Source: Patescibacteria group bacterium
GTDB lineage: Bacteria; Patescibacteriota; Patescibacteriia; UBA9934
Length of the DNA stretch: 64,000 nucleotides
Direction: 5' to 3'
Assembly (NCBI GenBank): GCA_038064675.1
Contig: JBBTSM010000003.1
Span: 191,212 to 255,211 of the forward strand
Shown here one piece after another: positions 29,070 to 40,821 of this stretch; within the stretch, counting starts at the first letter, position 1; each line of letters begins with the position of its first letter. The notes beneath the pieces are model-generated. The model saw only the letters and a program-made list of their open reading frames with translations. It did no database searches and had not been told where the DNA came from. A program made the translations under genes and the position numbers.

Positions 29070-29987
29070 CTACTTCAACAAATCCCTCGGATCAATTCCC
29101 TGATTGCCTTGTGGCGACATGTAGCTTGATTCATCAAAGAAATTCACGTTCGGCGCAACAGTCGCTGTGGCGGTGAGTGGAATTTCGCCGTACCATCGCA
29201 CTTCAGAATTTCGGACTTCTCCCGCGGTAAATTGCGACAACGTTGCTTGTGATACCCCAACCACCGCACCGGCACGTTCGAGAATCACGTTGAATTGCGG
29301 TTCCCAATAACTGTACGGCGACGCGTTAGTGACGGTAAATGTTGTACGGCCAATCTTGTCGTTCGCTAATGCGATGTCAGCAGCGTACGTTGGGGCGGTA
29401 ATCAAAAAGTTCCCGTGTTCTGTAAGCCACTCCGGAACATCCGGAGCATCGTGATGATTCACCCGATGCCACACAATATTCTCAAGAGTAATTGATGGGG
29501 ACGATGGGCGACTGTCGGCTTTTGCTCCAAGAGAAAGCAGGTATTTATCTTCCCCTGGCATAACAAAACCGTCTTCGGTTCGTGAGACTGTCCCCCCAGC
29601 CGAAAAACTATAGGTAAACGTTGCGTACCAATCCGCATTCGGATTCTTGACGGTCGCATAAAAATCGTAGCTCGTCGCGGTTCCCTGAACGACCTTTGCT
29701 GATCCAAGAGTGAGTTGCTGCGCGTCGCTTCCCTTTGCAATGGCGTGCATTGCTGCGACGTTATCGTCAAAGCCCGCAGCCGACCGAAGCTCCGTAAAAG
29801 AATCAGAAACAACGTAACCAATAATGACAAACGCAAAAAATGCAAGCATTGCAACGTCGGCAATAATCGCGAGCGCAAAACCGACGCGCATCAATTTTGG
29901 ACGCGCCTCAACAATACGAATATCGCGTCTATTCTGCGCCTCGATTGCTTGAAGTTCCGGAGAAAGAATCGGATTAGCCACAGACAA
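29070..29987 (-). CDS. Hypothetical membrane-anchored protein
   Basis: One TM helix then a beta-rich domain; start uncertain (TTG/GTG). Confidence 0.75.
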   Translation of the reverse strand: MSVANPILSPELQAIEAQNRRDIRIVEARPKLMRVGFALAIIADVAMLAFFAFVIIGYVVSDSFTELRSAAGFDDNVAAMHAIAKGSDAQQLTLGSAKVVQGTATSYDFYATVKNPNADWYATFTYSFSAGGTVSRTEDGFVMPGEDKYLLSLGAKADSRPSSPSITLENIVWHRVNHHDAPDVPEWLTEHGNFLITAPTYAADIALANDKIGRTTFTVTNASPYSYWEPQFNVILERAGAVVGVSQATLSQFTAGEVRNSEVRWYGEIPLTATATVAPNVNFFDESSYMSPQGNQGIDPRDLLK

Positions 29988-30008
29988 AAGAATATCTTCT
30001 GACTTGAT

Positions 30009-30133
30009 GAGGAATTTCTTATTTTAGACTAGTTTCGATGAACAGCGAGCAAAGTTTCCGAGGTGTACCTCTCGGTACATCGAGGAAATTTGCGATGATG
30101 TGAGTCGAAAATAGACAAAATAAGGAATTCCTC
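30009..30133 (+). repeat. Family A hairpin element, copy 5
   Basis: Core near-identical to copy 1, with a different but self-complementary outer stem. Confidence 0.9.
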
Positions 30134-30153
30134 TTCTGTCAACAGGATTATAA

Positions 30154-32217
<2,064 letters not shown>

Positions 32218-32363
32218 CGCGAAAAGTACTCTCACTAAAAAAGCACCGAAATTCGGTGCTTTTTGATTTTAAATACACAGAAACCCTTGCAAAAGGGTAA
32301 TTTCTGTGTTATGATTTCTTGTCCGGATGCACCGGCGAATCACAAAGATAAGGAGAAACGCAC

Positions 32364-32918
32364 ATGTTGCGCACGACAGGAAACACCGAGCCTCTCGAAA
32401 CCCCCAACGACGAGAAGCCGTTCGTCACGGTCGCTCTCGTGGTGACCATCGGCCACAACGCCCCGCCGTGCGTCCTCCGGGCGCTCGGCAAGGCGAGCCG
32501 CACGATCCTCTCGGCCGCGACGGTGGTGCCCCCGGACCAGGAGTGGGACTGGACGCCGGAGACGATGGACGAGATCGTCCTCGTTGCCAACGCCATCGTG
32601 AATGACCTCCTCACCACCCACTTCATCCTGCCCGAGCTCTCGCTGCCCCAGGACGACGAGGAGGGCGGCCCGAACATCTGGAACACGGACGTGCGCCGCG
32701 AGTTCGCGGTCGAGGTGAACCCGGAAGACCACGACGAGTTCTTCGTCCGGACGGCGATCCGGCTCGAGACCGCGGGCGGAAACCGAACGAGGCACCCCGA
32801 GCGCGCGACGTACGCGGCGGTCGTGCCCCCGGATCCGGACAGCGATCTCCCCGCGTGCATCACGTTCCACGGCAAGATCACCCGCGCGACGCACATCCCG
32901 GCCATCCGGCTGGAGTAA
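32364..32918 (+). CDS. GC-rich ORFan (cassette-like unit)
   Basis: TTGCAA-N17-TATGAT promoter, AAGGAG SD, G/C-ending codons, 3' hairpin 32928-32970. Confidence 0.75.
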   Translation: MLRTTGNTEPLETPNDEKPFVTVALVVTIGHNAPPCVLRALGKASRTILSAATVVPPDQEWDWTPETMDEIVLVANAIVNDLLTTHFILPELSLPQDDEEGGPNIWNTDVRREFAVEVNPEDHDEFFVRTAIRLETAGGNRTRHPERATYAAVVPPDPDSDLPACITFHGKITRATHIPAIRLE

Positions 32919-33054
32919 TCGCGCACCAACGACGCCAGCGGCGGCCCCACCAGGCCGCCGCGTTCGTTTTCCACCGACCCCCTTGCTCCCCCATCCAATT
33001 CGGTGTATATTCTCCCCATCAGCCGAAAGGCTTTTTTTGATACAATATTTCCGT

Positions 33055-33258
33055 ATGCAACGCATTCTCAACAATCCAGCGGTAAAGTACTTCCGTGAAG
33101 CACGGATGGAACTGGAAAAGGTTTCTTGGCCAACACGAAAGGAAACCATCATGTACTCCACCATTGTTCTCGTCCTTAGTCTCGCTACCGCCGCATTCAT
33201 TGGCGTGCTCGACCTTGGCTTGAGCAAGGGCCTCGAGTTCCTTATTTCCAAAGTCTAA
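33055..33258 (+). CDS. secE: Preprotein translocase SecE
   Basis: ELEKVSWPTRKE; upstream of nusG. Confidence 0.93.
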   Translation: MQRILNNPAVKYFREARMELEKVSWPTRKETIMYSTIVLVLSLATAAFIGVLDLGLSKGLEFLISKV

Positions 33259-33260
33259 GT

Positions 33261-33806
33261 ATGGCAAAACAAACCGCCAATTACGGCCGACGTTGGTACG
33301 TTATTCACACGTACTCTGGATACGAAGAAAGCGTGGTAGAAGCGCTCACTCAGCGTATGAGCACCATGGACATGGAGGAGAAGATTTTCAACATTCTCGT
33401 TCCAAAGGAAAAGAAGATTAAGATCAAGAACGGTGCACGTAAGGTTATCGAAGAAAAGATTTTCCCAGGCTATGTGCTCGTGGAAATGATCGTAACTGAC
33501 GACTCTTGGTACGTGGTGCGCAACACACCAAACGTTACGGGCTTCATCGGAACGGGAAATACTCCAACTCCGATCCCACAAGAACAGGTGGACGATCTCA
33601 TGAAGCGCGTGGGTGTCGCAGAACCAGAATTCAAGATCGACGTGGAAAAAGGCTCACTCGTTGCCATCACCGACGGTCCGTTCAAGGGCCAGCAAGGAAA
33701 GGTGGACGACGTGGACATGTCCCGCGGAAAGGTCAAAGTCATGGTCTCCATGTTCGGCCGCGAAACCCCGCTCGAACTCGACTTCCTCCAGGTCAAAAAA
33801 GTGTAA
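33261..33806 (+). CDS. nusG: Transcription factor NusG
   Basis: WYVIHTYSGYE, FPGYVLV, KOW domain, FGRETP. Confidence 0.98.
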   Translation: MAKQTANYGRRWYVIHTYSGYEESVVEALTQRMSTMDMEEKIFNILVPKEKKIKIKNGARKVIEEKIFPGYVLVEMIVTDDSWYVVRNTPNVTGFIGTGNTPTPIPQEQVDDLMKRVGVAEPEFKIDVEKGSLVAITDGPFKGQQGKVDDVDMSRGKVKVMVSMFGRETPLELDFLQVKKV

Positions 33807-33850
33807 ACCAAAAATCACTCCGAGCAATCGGAGTGATTTTTGTTTCATTT
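33801..33850 (+). repeat. nusG end plus terminator, repeated at 35281-35310 and 36769-36821
   Basis: gtgtaaac..aaaatcactccgagcaatcggagtgattttt. Confidence 0.85.
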
Positions 33851-33897
33851 AACTGTACACATATAAATGGAAATACTGATAAAACGACCAAAGATCG

Positions 33898-34393
33898 TTA
33901 ATTAAACAAGGCTGAGCGAAGCCGAACCGCACGCTCCAAGATTCGCTTGCCAACGTTGCCCCAGTCAACATATTTATCCCAGTCATTTAGGTCTATACGT
34001 TTGATTTTTGTAACACTACCGCTCGGATCACTCTCAAAGTCGGCAACAGGCTCAACGGTACAGAGCGAACGTAGCTGGAACACAAAGCTCCCGTCTGAAC
34101 GAATAACTTTTTGGTATCCAATCGGACGATGCCCGAGAACTCGCATGTTCGATTCTTCTTTTACCTCACGTATCAACGCGTCATCAACGGTTTCGCCGGG
34201 CTCAATCTTTCCACCCAATAAACTCCAACGCCCCTGCTTTTCGTGCCATCCAACAACAATTTTATCCCCGTAAAAAACAAACACCATAGTGCTGATTGAT
34301 TTGTTCGACCGGTAGATCCGCGAAAGAATCAGCATCCCGATAGATAACCTCGAAATCAGTATTTCCGTCAGTGAATCGTTCTCTGAGCTCCAT
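33898..34393 (-). pseudogene. NUDIX hydrolase with a +1 frameshift in a T6 run
   Basis: MELRERF...QHYGVCF frame joins the YGDKIVV...GGKIEPGE..REVKEE frame at 34272-34277. Confidence 0.75.
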
Positions 34394-34514
34394 ATGAAAG
34401 GAATTATAGACCTCGTGATGGTGGAATGGCTACGATCTGCATTTTTGCGGTCAAGATGTCGTCAGCAACGGTTTCCACGATGTTTTTTGTTTTGAGATGA
34501 TACAATCGGCAAAT

Positions 34515-35267
34515 ATGATAAAGAGCGAAAAACTGGAAGCACAAGAATCGATTCTCGATACGCTCAAAAAAGAAGGAATGCTCTCTTTTGACGTCAAGCT
34601 GACACCCGAAGAAAAAGTCTGCATTCATGATGTCCGCATTGAACACAATGTCTCTGATCTCAATCACTACGGGAATATCGATGAAGTTCTTGTAAAGAAT
34701 CTACGAACATACCTAAACCAGCTAGGAGCTAACGCGGAAGAAGTCACAAAAACTATAGCCGAGCTTATTACAAGACTCGCAGAGGTCATGCGAAAAACTT
34801 TCAATAAAAGTTCTGTCTGGCTTGCCGTCCGCACATCGTTGCCGAATACCGATTGGGACGTTCCACGTTGGCACAGAGATGGCGGATTTTTGAATGATGA
34901 CAACGGAAATCTTGTCACCGAAGAATTCAAACTCGTCTTTACGCTCAAGGGAGCACCGACGCGTTTTGCAGAAGTCATCGACATACAAAAATTCGAAGAA
35001 TATGAACGGGAAGAAATACTCAATAACGAACACGATGGGTTAGAAGGTTACGAGGAACGAGCCCTGGCCATACGACGAAAACTTGAAGAAACCGTTCGAG
35101 AAATTCCTGTCGGGAAAAAAGGATTCGCCACAATCTATCGCGTAGACGGAACACACGGAAAAATTCATTCCGAGCCCGAAATCACCGAGCCCCGAATTTT
35201 CATATCAATCATCACCGGGTCTCAATCCCAAATCGAAGAGCTTCAGCGTCGTTTTTCATCCTATTAA
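34515..35267 (+). CDS. Hypothetical protein, 2OG-Fe(II) dioxygenase-like
   Basis: WHRDG (HxD) and distal IHSEP...R; AT-rich. Confidence 0.65.
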   Translation: MIKSEKLEAQESILDTLKKEGMLSFDVKLTPEEKVCIHDVRIEHNVSDLNHYGNIDEVLVKNLRTYLNQLGANAEEVTKTIAELITRLAEVMRKTFNKSSVWLAVRTSLPNTDWDVPRWHRDGGFLNDDNGNLVTEEFKLVFTLKGAPTRFAEVIDIQKFEEYEREEILNNEHDGLEGYEERALAIRRKLEETVREIPVGKKGFATIYRVDGTHGKIHSEPEITEPRIFISIITGSQSQIEELQRRFSSY

Positions 35268-35416
35268 TAATGACATTACAAAAATCACCCCGAACAATCG
35301 GGGTGATTTTTTATTGACTTTTTCTGATTTTTATGCCATATTTCCCTGTTGATTCTTTCACAAGGAGCCCCTGTCGATATCTCAAGTCGATAGAGGTCCC
35401 TTGTGTAGGAGTCTCC

Positions 35417-35671
35417 ATGTCATCAGTGCGCACCGCGGCTCTCCTCGTCGCAATCAGCGCCCTCACATTCGCCCTCTCCGGCGCTCTGACCCTGTGCGTC
35501 AAGAGCACCATCACGATCTGGTGGCCGATCGGATGGACCATCTTCTATGTGGTGCTGACCGTGGCAGCTCGGCGCCGGAAGGACCTTTGGCAGAACTTCT
35601 CGATGAAGGCGGGCTGTGCAGCCCTGATCTCCATGAGCCTGGGAATGCTTGCCGCCCTGCTGTGGCCCTAG
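35417..35671 (+). CDS. Small GC-rich membrane ORFan (cassette-like unit)
   Basis: AGGAG SD, three TM helices, 3' hairpin 35700-35748. Confidence 0.65.
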   Translation: MSSVRTAALLVAISALTFALSGALTLCVKSTITIWWPIGWTIFYVVLTVAARRRKDLWQNFSMKAGCAALISMSLGMLAALLWP

Positions 35672-35803
35672 ACTAGACGAAGCGGACGTTCAACTCCGCA
35701 ACGACGCTCGGCGTCGGCTCTTCCCGGGGCCGACGCCGTTCACGTTTTCATTGCTTTTTTGGTTCTTTTTGGCTAATGTCCTTCTGCTCCAAACGGAGGA
35801 AGC

Positions 35804-36295
35804 GTGATCGACGACATCAATGAAATCTCACGAACCATCGTGCATGAAGCTGGCCACGCCACTGTAGGCGTCTTGCTATTCCCCGACGAAATCGTCTGGG
35901 TCAGCGCCATCCCCAATCCATCGTCACTGGGACGGGCACTTACTACGGTTACACTAGAAATGGTCGTTCGTTACCCGACTGAACGGTTCATCGACTATCT
36001 CGCGTTCCTTTTTGCGGGACGAGCGGCCGAAGAAAATCGGTTCAGCAACTACAAGGACTGGATGTCCCGGCATGATGAACAGAGTGCTCACGAAGCGCTC
36101 CACCAATATCGGGCCATGCATCCAAAACTCCTCCACAATGACCAGGATCTCACCACTCAGGCACGCCAGCGTGCTCACGAGATTCTCGTCAGAGAACAAT
36201 CTCTCTTCCACACGCTCACGTCGGGCCTCGTCCGCTACGACCAGTTCGGTCAGGAATGGCTCCTCTACAACTATTACCTCTTCGCCACGACGTAG
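35804..36295 (+). CDS. Stand-alone peptidase M41 (FtsH protease domain)-like protein
   Basis: HEAGHA, AGRAAEE; GGAGG SD. Confidence 0.75.
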   Translation: MIDDINEISRTIVHEAGHATVGVLLFPDEIVWVSAIPNPSSLGRALTTVTLEMVVRYPTERFIDYLAFLFAGRAAEENRFSNYKDWMSRHDEQSAHEALHQYRAMHPKLLHNDQDLTTQARQRAHEILVREQSLFHTLTSGLVRYDQFGQEWLLYNYYLFATT

Positions 36296-36378
36296 CGCCG
36301 ACCCTCCCCAGGGTCGGCTCTTCCGTTTTATTGTCTTTAACGATCTTTCCGGTTATTGTCATTTCTATATCGCCTCTT

Positions 36379-36774
36379 ATGACGCTCTCCTCAAAAATCG
36401 AAACAGGTATTGTGCTCGTCTCCGGAGCGCTGCTCCTCCTTCTCCTTGCCGGCATAGCCAATAATATCCTCCTTGCACGGGAAGGGCTTTTCGACGCCGG
36501 GTACCATCATCAAACAATAGCGCACAACGGTCCAAGAAATGGAGATATCGATTTATGGAGTGAAGAGAAACCATACCTCTGCTCATATTTCAAAATGCAC
36601 AGCGACGGCGCGATCGGCTTTCACTGCACAACCGGCGAGTACCTAAAGCAGGAAATCCTGAACCTTCCAAACATCCTCGTCTTTTTCCTCTTCGGCTTAC
36701 CACTCCTTGTGATCTTCACCGGCACTAGTCTTGTGCTCATTTCCGAAATCAAGGCGGAAAAGACCCTGGTGTAA
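36379..36774 (+). CDS. Hypothetical two-TM protein
   Basis: Two hydrophobic helices; ends in a copy of the nusG terminator. Confidence 0.65.
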   Translation: MTLSSKIETGIVLVSGALLLLLLAGIANNILLAREGLFDAGYHHQTIAHNGPRNGDIDLWSEEKPYLCSYFKMHSDGAIGFHCTTGEYLKQEILNLPNILVFFLFGLPLLVIFTGTSLVLISEIKAEKTLV

Positions 36775-36866
36775 ACAAAAAATCACTCCGAGCGCAACCG
36801 GAGTGATTTTTTGTTGCATTTTTTATAATCAATCGATAACCTTTCTTTGCTTTGGGAGTGAATACA

Positions 36867-37367
36867 ATGCCGAACGCAACTTGGCGTACGTTAACCCAAG
36901 GGATTCCCCGAAATCAGACAACCGCTCACGCAGCCGTTCATGAGGCCGGCCACGCCACTCTGGCAACGATTCTCTTTCCGGCGACGATTGAATACGCGAC
37001 GATCATCGAAGCAGGAGGAGTAATGGGCAGCGTCAAGTACTCCTGTACCAACGCATCCATCTGCTCGCGACAAGAAAGCATGAACGTCCTCGCCGTTGCG
37101 ATGGCGGGACGGGCGGCGGAAGAAATCGAGTTCGGGTACTCTATCGACCTCGGAAGCTTCTTTGATTACGGCGTTGTCCGAAACCATCTGTGTAGTCGCA
37201 ACGCAAATGGTCGCAGACTTCACGAATCAAAAGACTTCCTCATCGATGTAGCGCTCAAGCGCGCGCACGAAATTTTGGTCAAAGAACGAGAGCTCTTTCA
37301 CCAGATCATCGCCGGCTTGATTCGGGAAAATCGCCTCGATCGCGCAGCGCTTCTTGCGCTTCAGTGA
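36867..37367 (+). CDS. Stand-alone peptidase M41-like protein, paralog of 35804
   Basis: HEAGHA, AGRAAEE, RAHEILV.E..LFH. Confidence 0.75.
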   Translation: MPNATWRTLTQGIPRNQTTAHAAVHEAGHATLATILFPATIEYATIIEAGGVMGSVKYSCTNASICSRQESMNVLAVAMAGRAAEEIEFGYSIDLGSFFDYGVVRNHLCSRNANGRRLHESKDFLIDVALKRAHEILVKERELFHQIIAGLIRENRLDRAALLALQ

Positions 37368-37554
37368 GCAATACAAAACGACGACGTAGCGCCGATCCTC
37401 CCCAGGGTCGGCTCTTCCGTTTTATTGACTATTTCCGCCAATCCTGGCACAATCTTGTCACTAAATAACGATGTAGTTGCTCGAAGATTTACCGAGAGGA
37501 AATCGAGGGAATCTACTATAAATTCATCGAATTCAATATTCGAGGTCGTACACT

Positions 37555-37980
37555 ATGGCAAAGAAGATCAAGGCAGTTATCAAAGTGCAATCAATCGGAG
37601 GTCGGGCAACACCAGCACCTCCACTCGGACCAGCGCTCGGTGCGCAGGGTGTGAACATTCAGCAGTTCGTGCAGGAATTTAACGCAGCAACACAGGACAG
37701 AATGGGAGAGACAGTTCCAGCAATCATCACCATTTATGAAGACCGCACATTCAGCTTCATCCTGAAGACTGCTCCAGCGAGCGATCTTGTGAAAAAAATC
37801 ACGGGAATCGAAAAGGGATCCGGAAAGCCACTCACTGAAAAGGTGGGAAAGATCACCCAGGCTCAGTTGCGCGAAGTTGCGATGAAGAAAATGCCAGACT
37901 TGAATACGACCAATGTAGAGGCTGCGATGAAAATCATCGCTGGCACCTGTCGTCAAATGGGAGTCGATGTCATTGCTTAA
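37555..37980 (+). CDS. rplK: 50S ribosomal protein L11
   Basis: [18 protein letters not shown]. Confidence 0.98.
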   Translation: MAKKIKAVIKVQSIGGRATPAPPLGPALGAQGVNIQQFVQEFNAATQDRMGETVPAIITIYEDRTFSFILKTAPASDLVKKITGIEKGSGKPLTEKVGKITQAQLREVAMKKMPDLNTTNVEAAMKIIAGTCRQMGVDVIA

Positions 37981-37989
37981 ATTAATATC

Positions 37990-38021
37990 GTGGGAGATCG
38001 GATTCCGATCGTTACTACCAC
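37990..38021 (+). promoter_or_regulatory. Putative L1 autoregulatory mRNA site
   Basis: GTGG-GA-GATCGG-ATT-CCGATC-GTTACTA-CCAC, the architecture of L1-binding operators, just before rplA. Confidence 0.7.
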
Positions 38022-38034
38022 TAACCAAAACACT

Positions 38035-38721
38035 ATGATCGGCAAGCGAATGGCTACAGCAAAGCAGATGATTGATAAGAAGAAACAGTACGCCGTAAAG
38101 GACGCTGTTGCACTTTTGAAAGAAACCGCAAAGGCAAAGTTCGACGAAACGGTTGAGTTGCACTTCGCGCTTGGAGTAGATCCAAAGCAGGGCGACCAGC
38201 AGATCCGCGGAACCGTTACCTTGCCACATGGCACCGGCAAGACGAAGCGCGTTATTGCCTTCGTGGACGCAAACAACGAAGCGGCTGCAAAGGCAGCAGG
38301 CGCAGACATCATCGGAACCGAAGAAGTACTCGAAACGATTATCCGCACTGGAAAAATTGACTTCGACGTTGCCGTCGCTGTTCCAAGCATGATGCCAAAG
38401 CTTGCCAAGGCCGCAAAGATTCTTGGACCTCGCGGTTTGATGCCTAACCCAAAGACCGACACCGTTGGTCCAAACATTGGGAAGATCATCGAAGAGCAGA
38501 AGGGTGGAAAGGTCGCATTTAAGAACGATAATACCGCCAACGTGCACATGATTGTTGGAAAGGTGTCGTTCAGCGCAGAAAACTTGGTTAACAACCTCGC
38601 GGTCGCCATCGAAGCAATTCGCAAGGTGAAGCCAGCGTCGTCAAAGGGCATCTATATGAAGTCTGTCACCATGACTTCAACCATGGGCCCAGCGATCAAG
38701 CTCGACCAAGCATCGGTCTAA
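38035..38721 (+). CDS. rplA: 50S ribosomal protein L1
   Basis: KFDETVE, LPHGTGK, LGPRGLMPNPK. Confidence 0.98.
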   Translation: MIGKRMATAKQMIDKKKQYAVKDAVALLKETAKAKFDETVELHFALGVDPKQGDQQIRGTVTLPHGTGKTKRVIAFVDANNEAAAKAAGADIIGTEEVLETIIRTGKIDFDVAVAVPSMMPKLAKAAKILGPRGLMPNPKTDTVGPNIGKIIEEQKGGKVAFKNDNTANVHMIVGKVSFSAENLVNNLAVAIEAIRKVKPASSKGIYMKSVTMTSTMGPAIKLDQASV

Positions 38722-38832
38722 CCTCACTCTCCCAATCCCAAAAATCCCCTCGATTCGAAAGAATCCGAGGGGATTTTGTTTGTACACAGCTGTGGATTCA
38801 TCAAACGCCAATCACTGCTAAACTCGTGACAT

Positions 38833-39423
38833 ATGTCGTCCCAATCCTATGATCCATTCGGGCCAGGATCAAACGTAGAAAAGCGGTGTGTCCAGGATCA
38901 GGAGAAGCTTCGTGTCCTTGTTCAGAGCCTCAAGGCACTCGGAATGAAGATCGTTCTTACTCAGGGCGTTTACGACCTCATTCATGAGGGTCATGCCGCG
39001 TACCTCGAAAAGGCAAAATCCCTCGGAGATATTCTTATCGTTGGCGTGGACTCCGATGAGCTGACGAAGATCCGCAAAGGGCCAAGGCGGCCGATCGTGC
39101 CGCAGGCCGAGCGCATCAACATGCTCCTTCATTTGCGTCACGTTGATCTTGTAACAATCAAAGAAGCACATCACGGCATTGGCGATATTATTTCGATCGT
39201 GAAGCCAGATGTGATGGTATTCTCGTCGTCCACAAAAGAAGTTGGTCCAGAAGATCTTGAAATATACAAACAGCACTGCGGAGAAATCGTCGTCCTTCCG
39301 CCACAAGCCACCACAACTACCACAGCTCGCGTACGCAATCTCACCATCGAGGGCGTTGAAGATCTGGCGAAGGAAGTGAATACACTCATGACCAATTTCG
39401 TGACCAAAATTCGCGAAGGCTAA
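38833..39423 (+). CDS. Cytidylyltransferase-like (HxGH) protein
   Basis: GVYDLIHEGH, VGVDSD, KGPRRP. Confidence 0.88.
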   Translation: MSSQSYDPFGPGSNVEKRCVQDQEKLRVLVQSLKALGMKIVLTQGVYDLIHEGHAAYLEKAKSLGDILIVGVDSDELTKIRKGPRRPIVPQAERINMLLHLRHVDLVTIKEAHHGIGDIISIVKPDVMVFSSSTKEVGPEDLEIYKQHCGEIVVLPPQATTTTTARVRNLTIEGVEDLAKEVNTLMTNFVTKIREG

Positions 39424-39424
39424 T

Positions 39425-40246
39425 ATGCTCATCGCGTTCGTTCCGGTTCTCCACAAAGGCTACATCAACCTTTTTAAAAAATACCCCGACACGCTGGGCA
39501 TTCTTGGCGCTGACGTTATCGCCGACTTCACCGCGCTCACTCGCGACTGCCGCATGGTCGAGCCTGAAGCGATGAAACTCGCGATCGAGAGCCTCAAAAT
39601 CTTTTCGTCTGTTCGTGTACTCTCGAAATCGGATCTCGCAGAAATCGCTCAATCAATGTTGCCGATCGTCATGCCAGATGAAGACGTTTCGCGCGAAATC
39701 GCAAAACAGCATTTCGCCGATCGCACAGTATTCGAATCGATATTTCTCCGATGGGACGGCATGAGAACGTTACGCGAGAATATTGCTGCCCCGGATCGAA
39801 AGATCTCTTCAGATGACTTCGCGAGGTCGATGATCCGTCTGGCAACCGCCGAAGCAACAAAGAGCAGTGACTGGTGGCGACAGGTTGGAACAGCAATCGT
39901 TAAAGACGGCGTTGTTATCGCGCTCAGTCACAACAGGCACCTCCCCACCGATTATCATCTCGACGTCGAAGGCGATCCGCGAACGAATTTCGATGCCGGC
40001 GTTCGAATCGATCTCTCAACCGCGATCCATTCAGAAGCGCTCGCGGTCGCGCAAAGCGCAAAAGCAGGCACACCACTCAATGGCGCCGACGCTTTCGTCA
40101 CTACATTCCCCTGCCCCAACTGCGCACGCTTGCTTGCCGAAGCAGGAATCAAGACCGTGTACTACAACAAAGGATATTCACTGCTTGATGCGGAGGAGAT
40201 TCTGAAGGCGTACGGGATTGAAATCGTGCTCGTCGAAATGAACTGA
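39425..40246 (+). CDS. dCMP deaminase-family protein with N-terminal extension
   Basis: HSE...PCPNC zinc motif. Confidence 0.88.
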   Translation: MLIAFVPVLHKGYINLFKKYPDTLGILGADVIADFTALTRDCRMVEPEAMKLAIESLKIFSSVRVLSKSDLAEIAQSMLPIVMPDEDVSREIAKQHFADRTVFESIFLRWDGMRTLRENIAAPDRKISSDDFARSMIRLATAEATKSSDWWRQVGTAIVKDGVVIALSHNRHLPTDYHLDVEGDPRTNFDAGVRIDLSTAIHSEALAVAQSAKAGTPLNGADAFVTTFPCPNCARLLAEAGIKTVYYNKGYSLLDAEEILKAYGIEIVLVEMN

Positions 40247-40247
40247 A

Positions 40248-40815
40248 GGGGTCAGGTCTTGAATCTATGCATTTCTTCTTTTATGAAAAATATGGCTCTT
40301 GCATATTTCAATCCAGCTAACCCAAGCGCGTGAATACTCCAATTTTTGGATCATAACTCGGATCATCTGGATCGGATTGCAAAAGCTGACAGTGCAAATG
40401 AGAAACCGTCGACCCGGTAAATCGCATGTCACCAAACCGCATAAACATCGACCCAGCAGACATTTTGAAAATCGCCGTCTGTTCTTTAAGAATTTCTCCG
40501 AGCTCGATCCAAGCTTCTGAAGAAATTTGCGATATATGCTCAATATGCGTTCGGTGAATAAGGAGTTTGTGATGTTTTGTCGGTTTGTAAGGAAACTGAT
40601 TATCCGTGATAATCCAAAACATTCGCTGTTCCATCGGCTTCGTATGAATCCTGTTAAGATGCTGAGGACAAAAAGGGCAAATCTTCTGCTCAGTAATTTC
40701 AGCAATCACTTTATCGTATCCTCCTGGACGAGCATTTTGTTGATTAACGAAGTCATTCATACTTCAAAACGACCTAAAACTTTCTTCAAAATGCATAGAT
40801 TCAAGACCTGACCCC
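40248..40815. mobile_element. Inverted-repeat-bounded element carrying a HIT gene
   Basis: Perfect 27-bp IR GGGGTCAGGTCTTGAATCTATGCATTT at 40248-40274 and 40789-40815. Confidence 0.7.
40317..40760 (-). CDS. HIT-like protein
   Basis: CPFC, NQFPY, HLHCQ; AT-rich. Confidence 0.8.
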   Translation of the reverse strand: MNDFVNQQNARPGGYDKVIAEITEQKICPFCPQHLNRIHTKPMEQRMFWIITDNQFPYKPTKHHKLLIHRTHIEHISQISSEAWIELGEILKEQTAIFKMSAGSMFMRFGDMRFTGSTVSHLHCQLLQSDPDDPSYDPKIGVFTRLG

Positions 40816-40821
40816 ATCAGT

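Noticed and set aside
32970-33055. tRNA-Trp or rpmG expected upstream of secE
   Set aside because: No cloverleaf, TTCGA T-loop or L33 ORF was found
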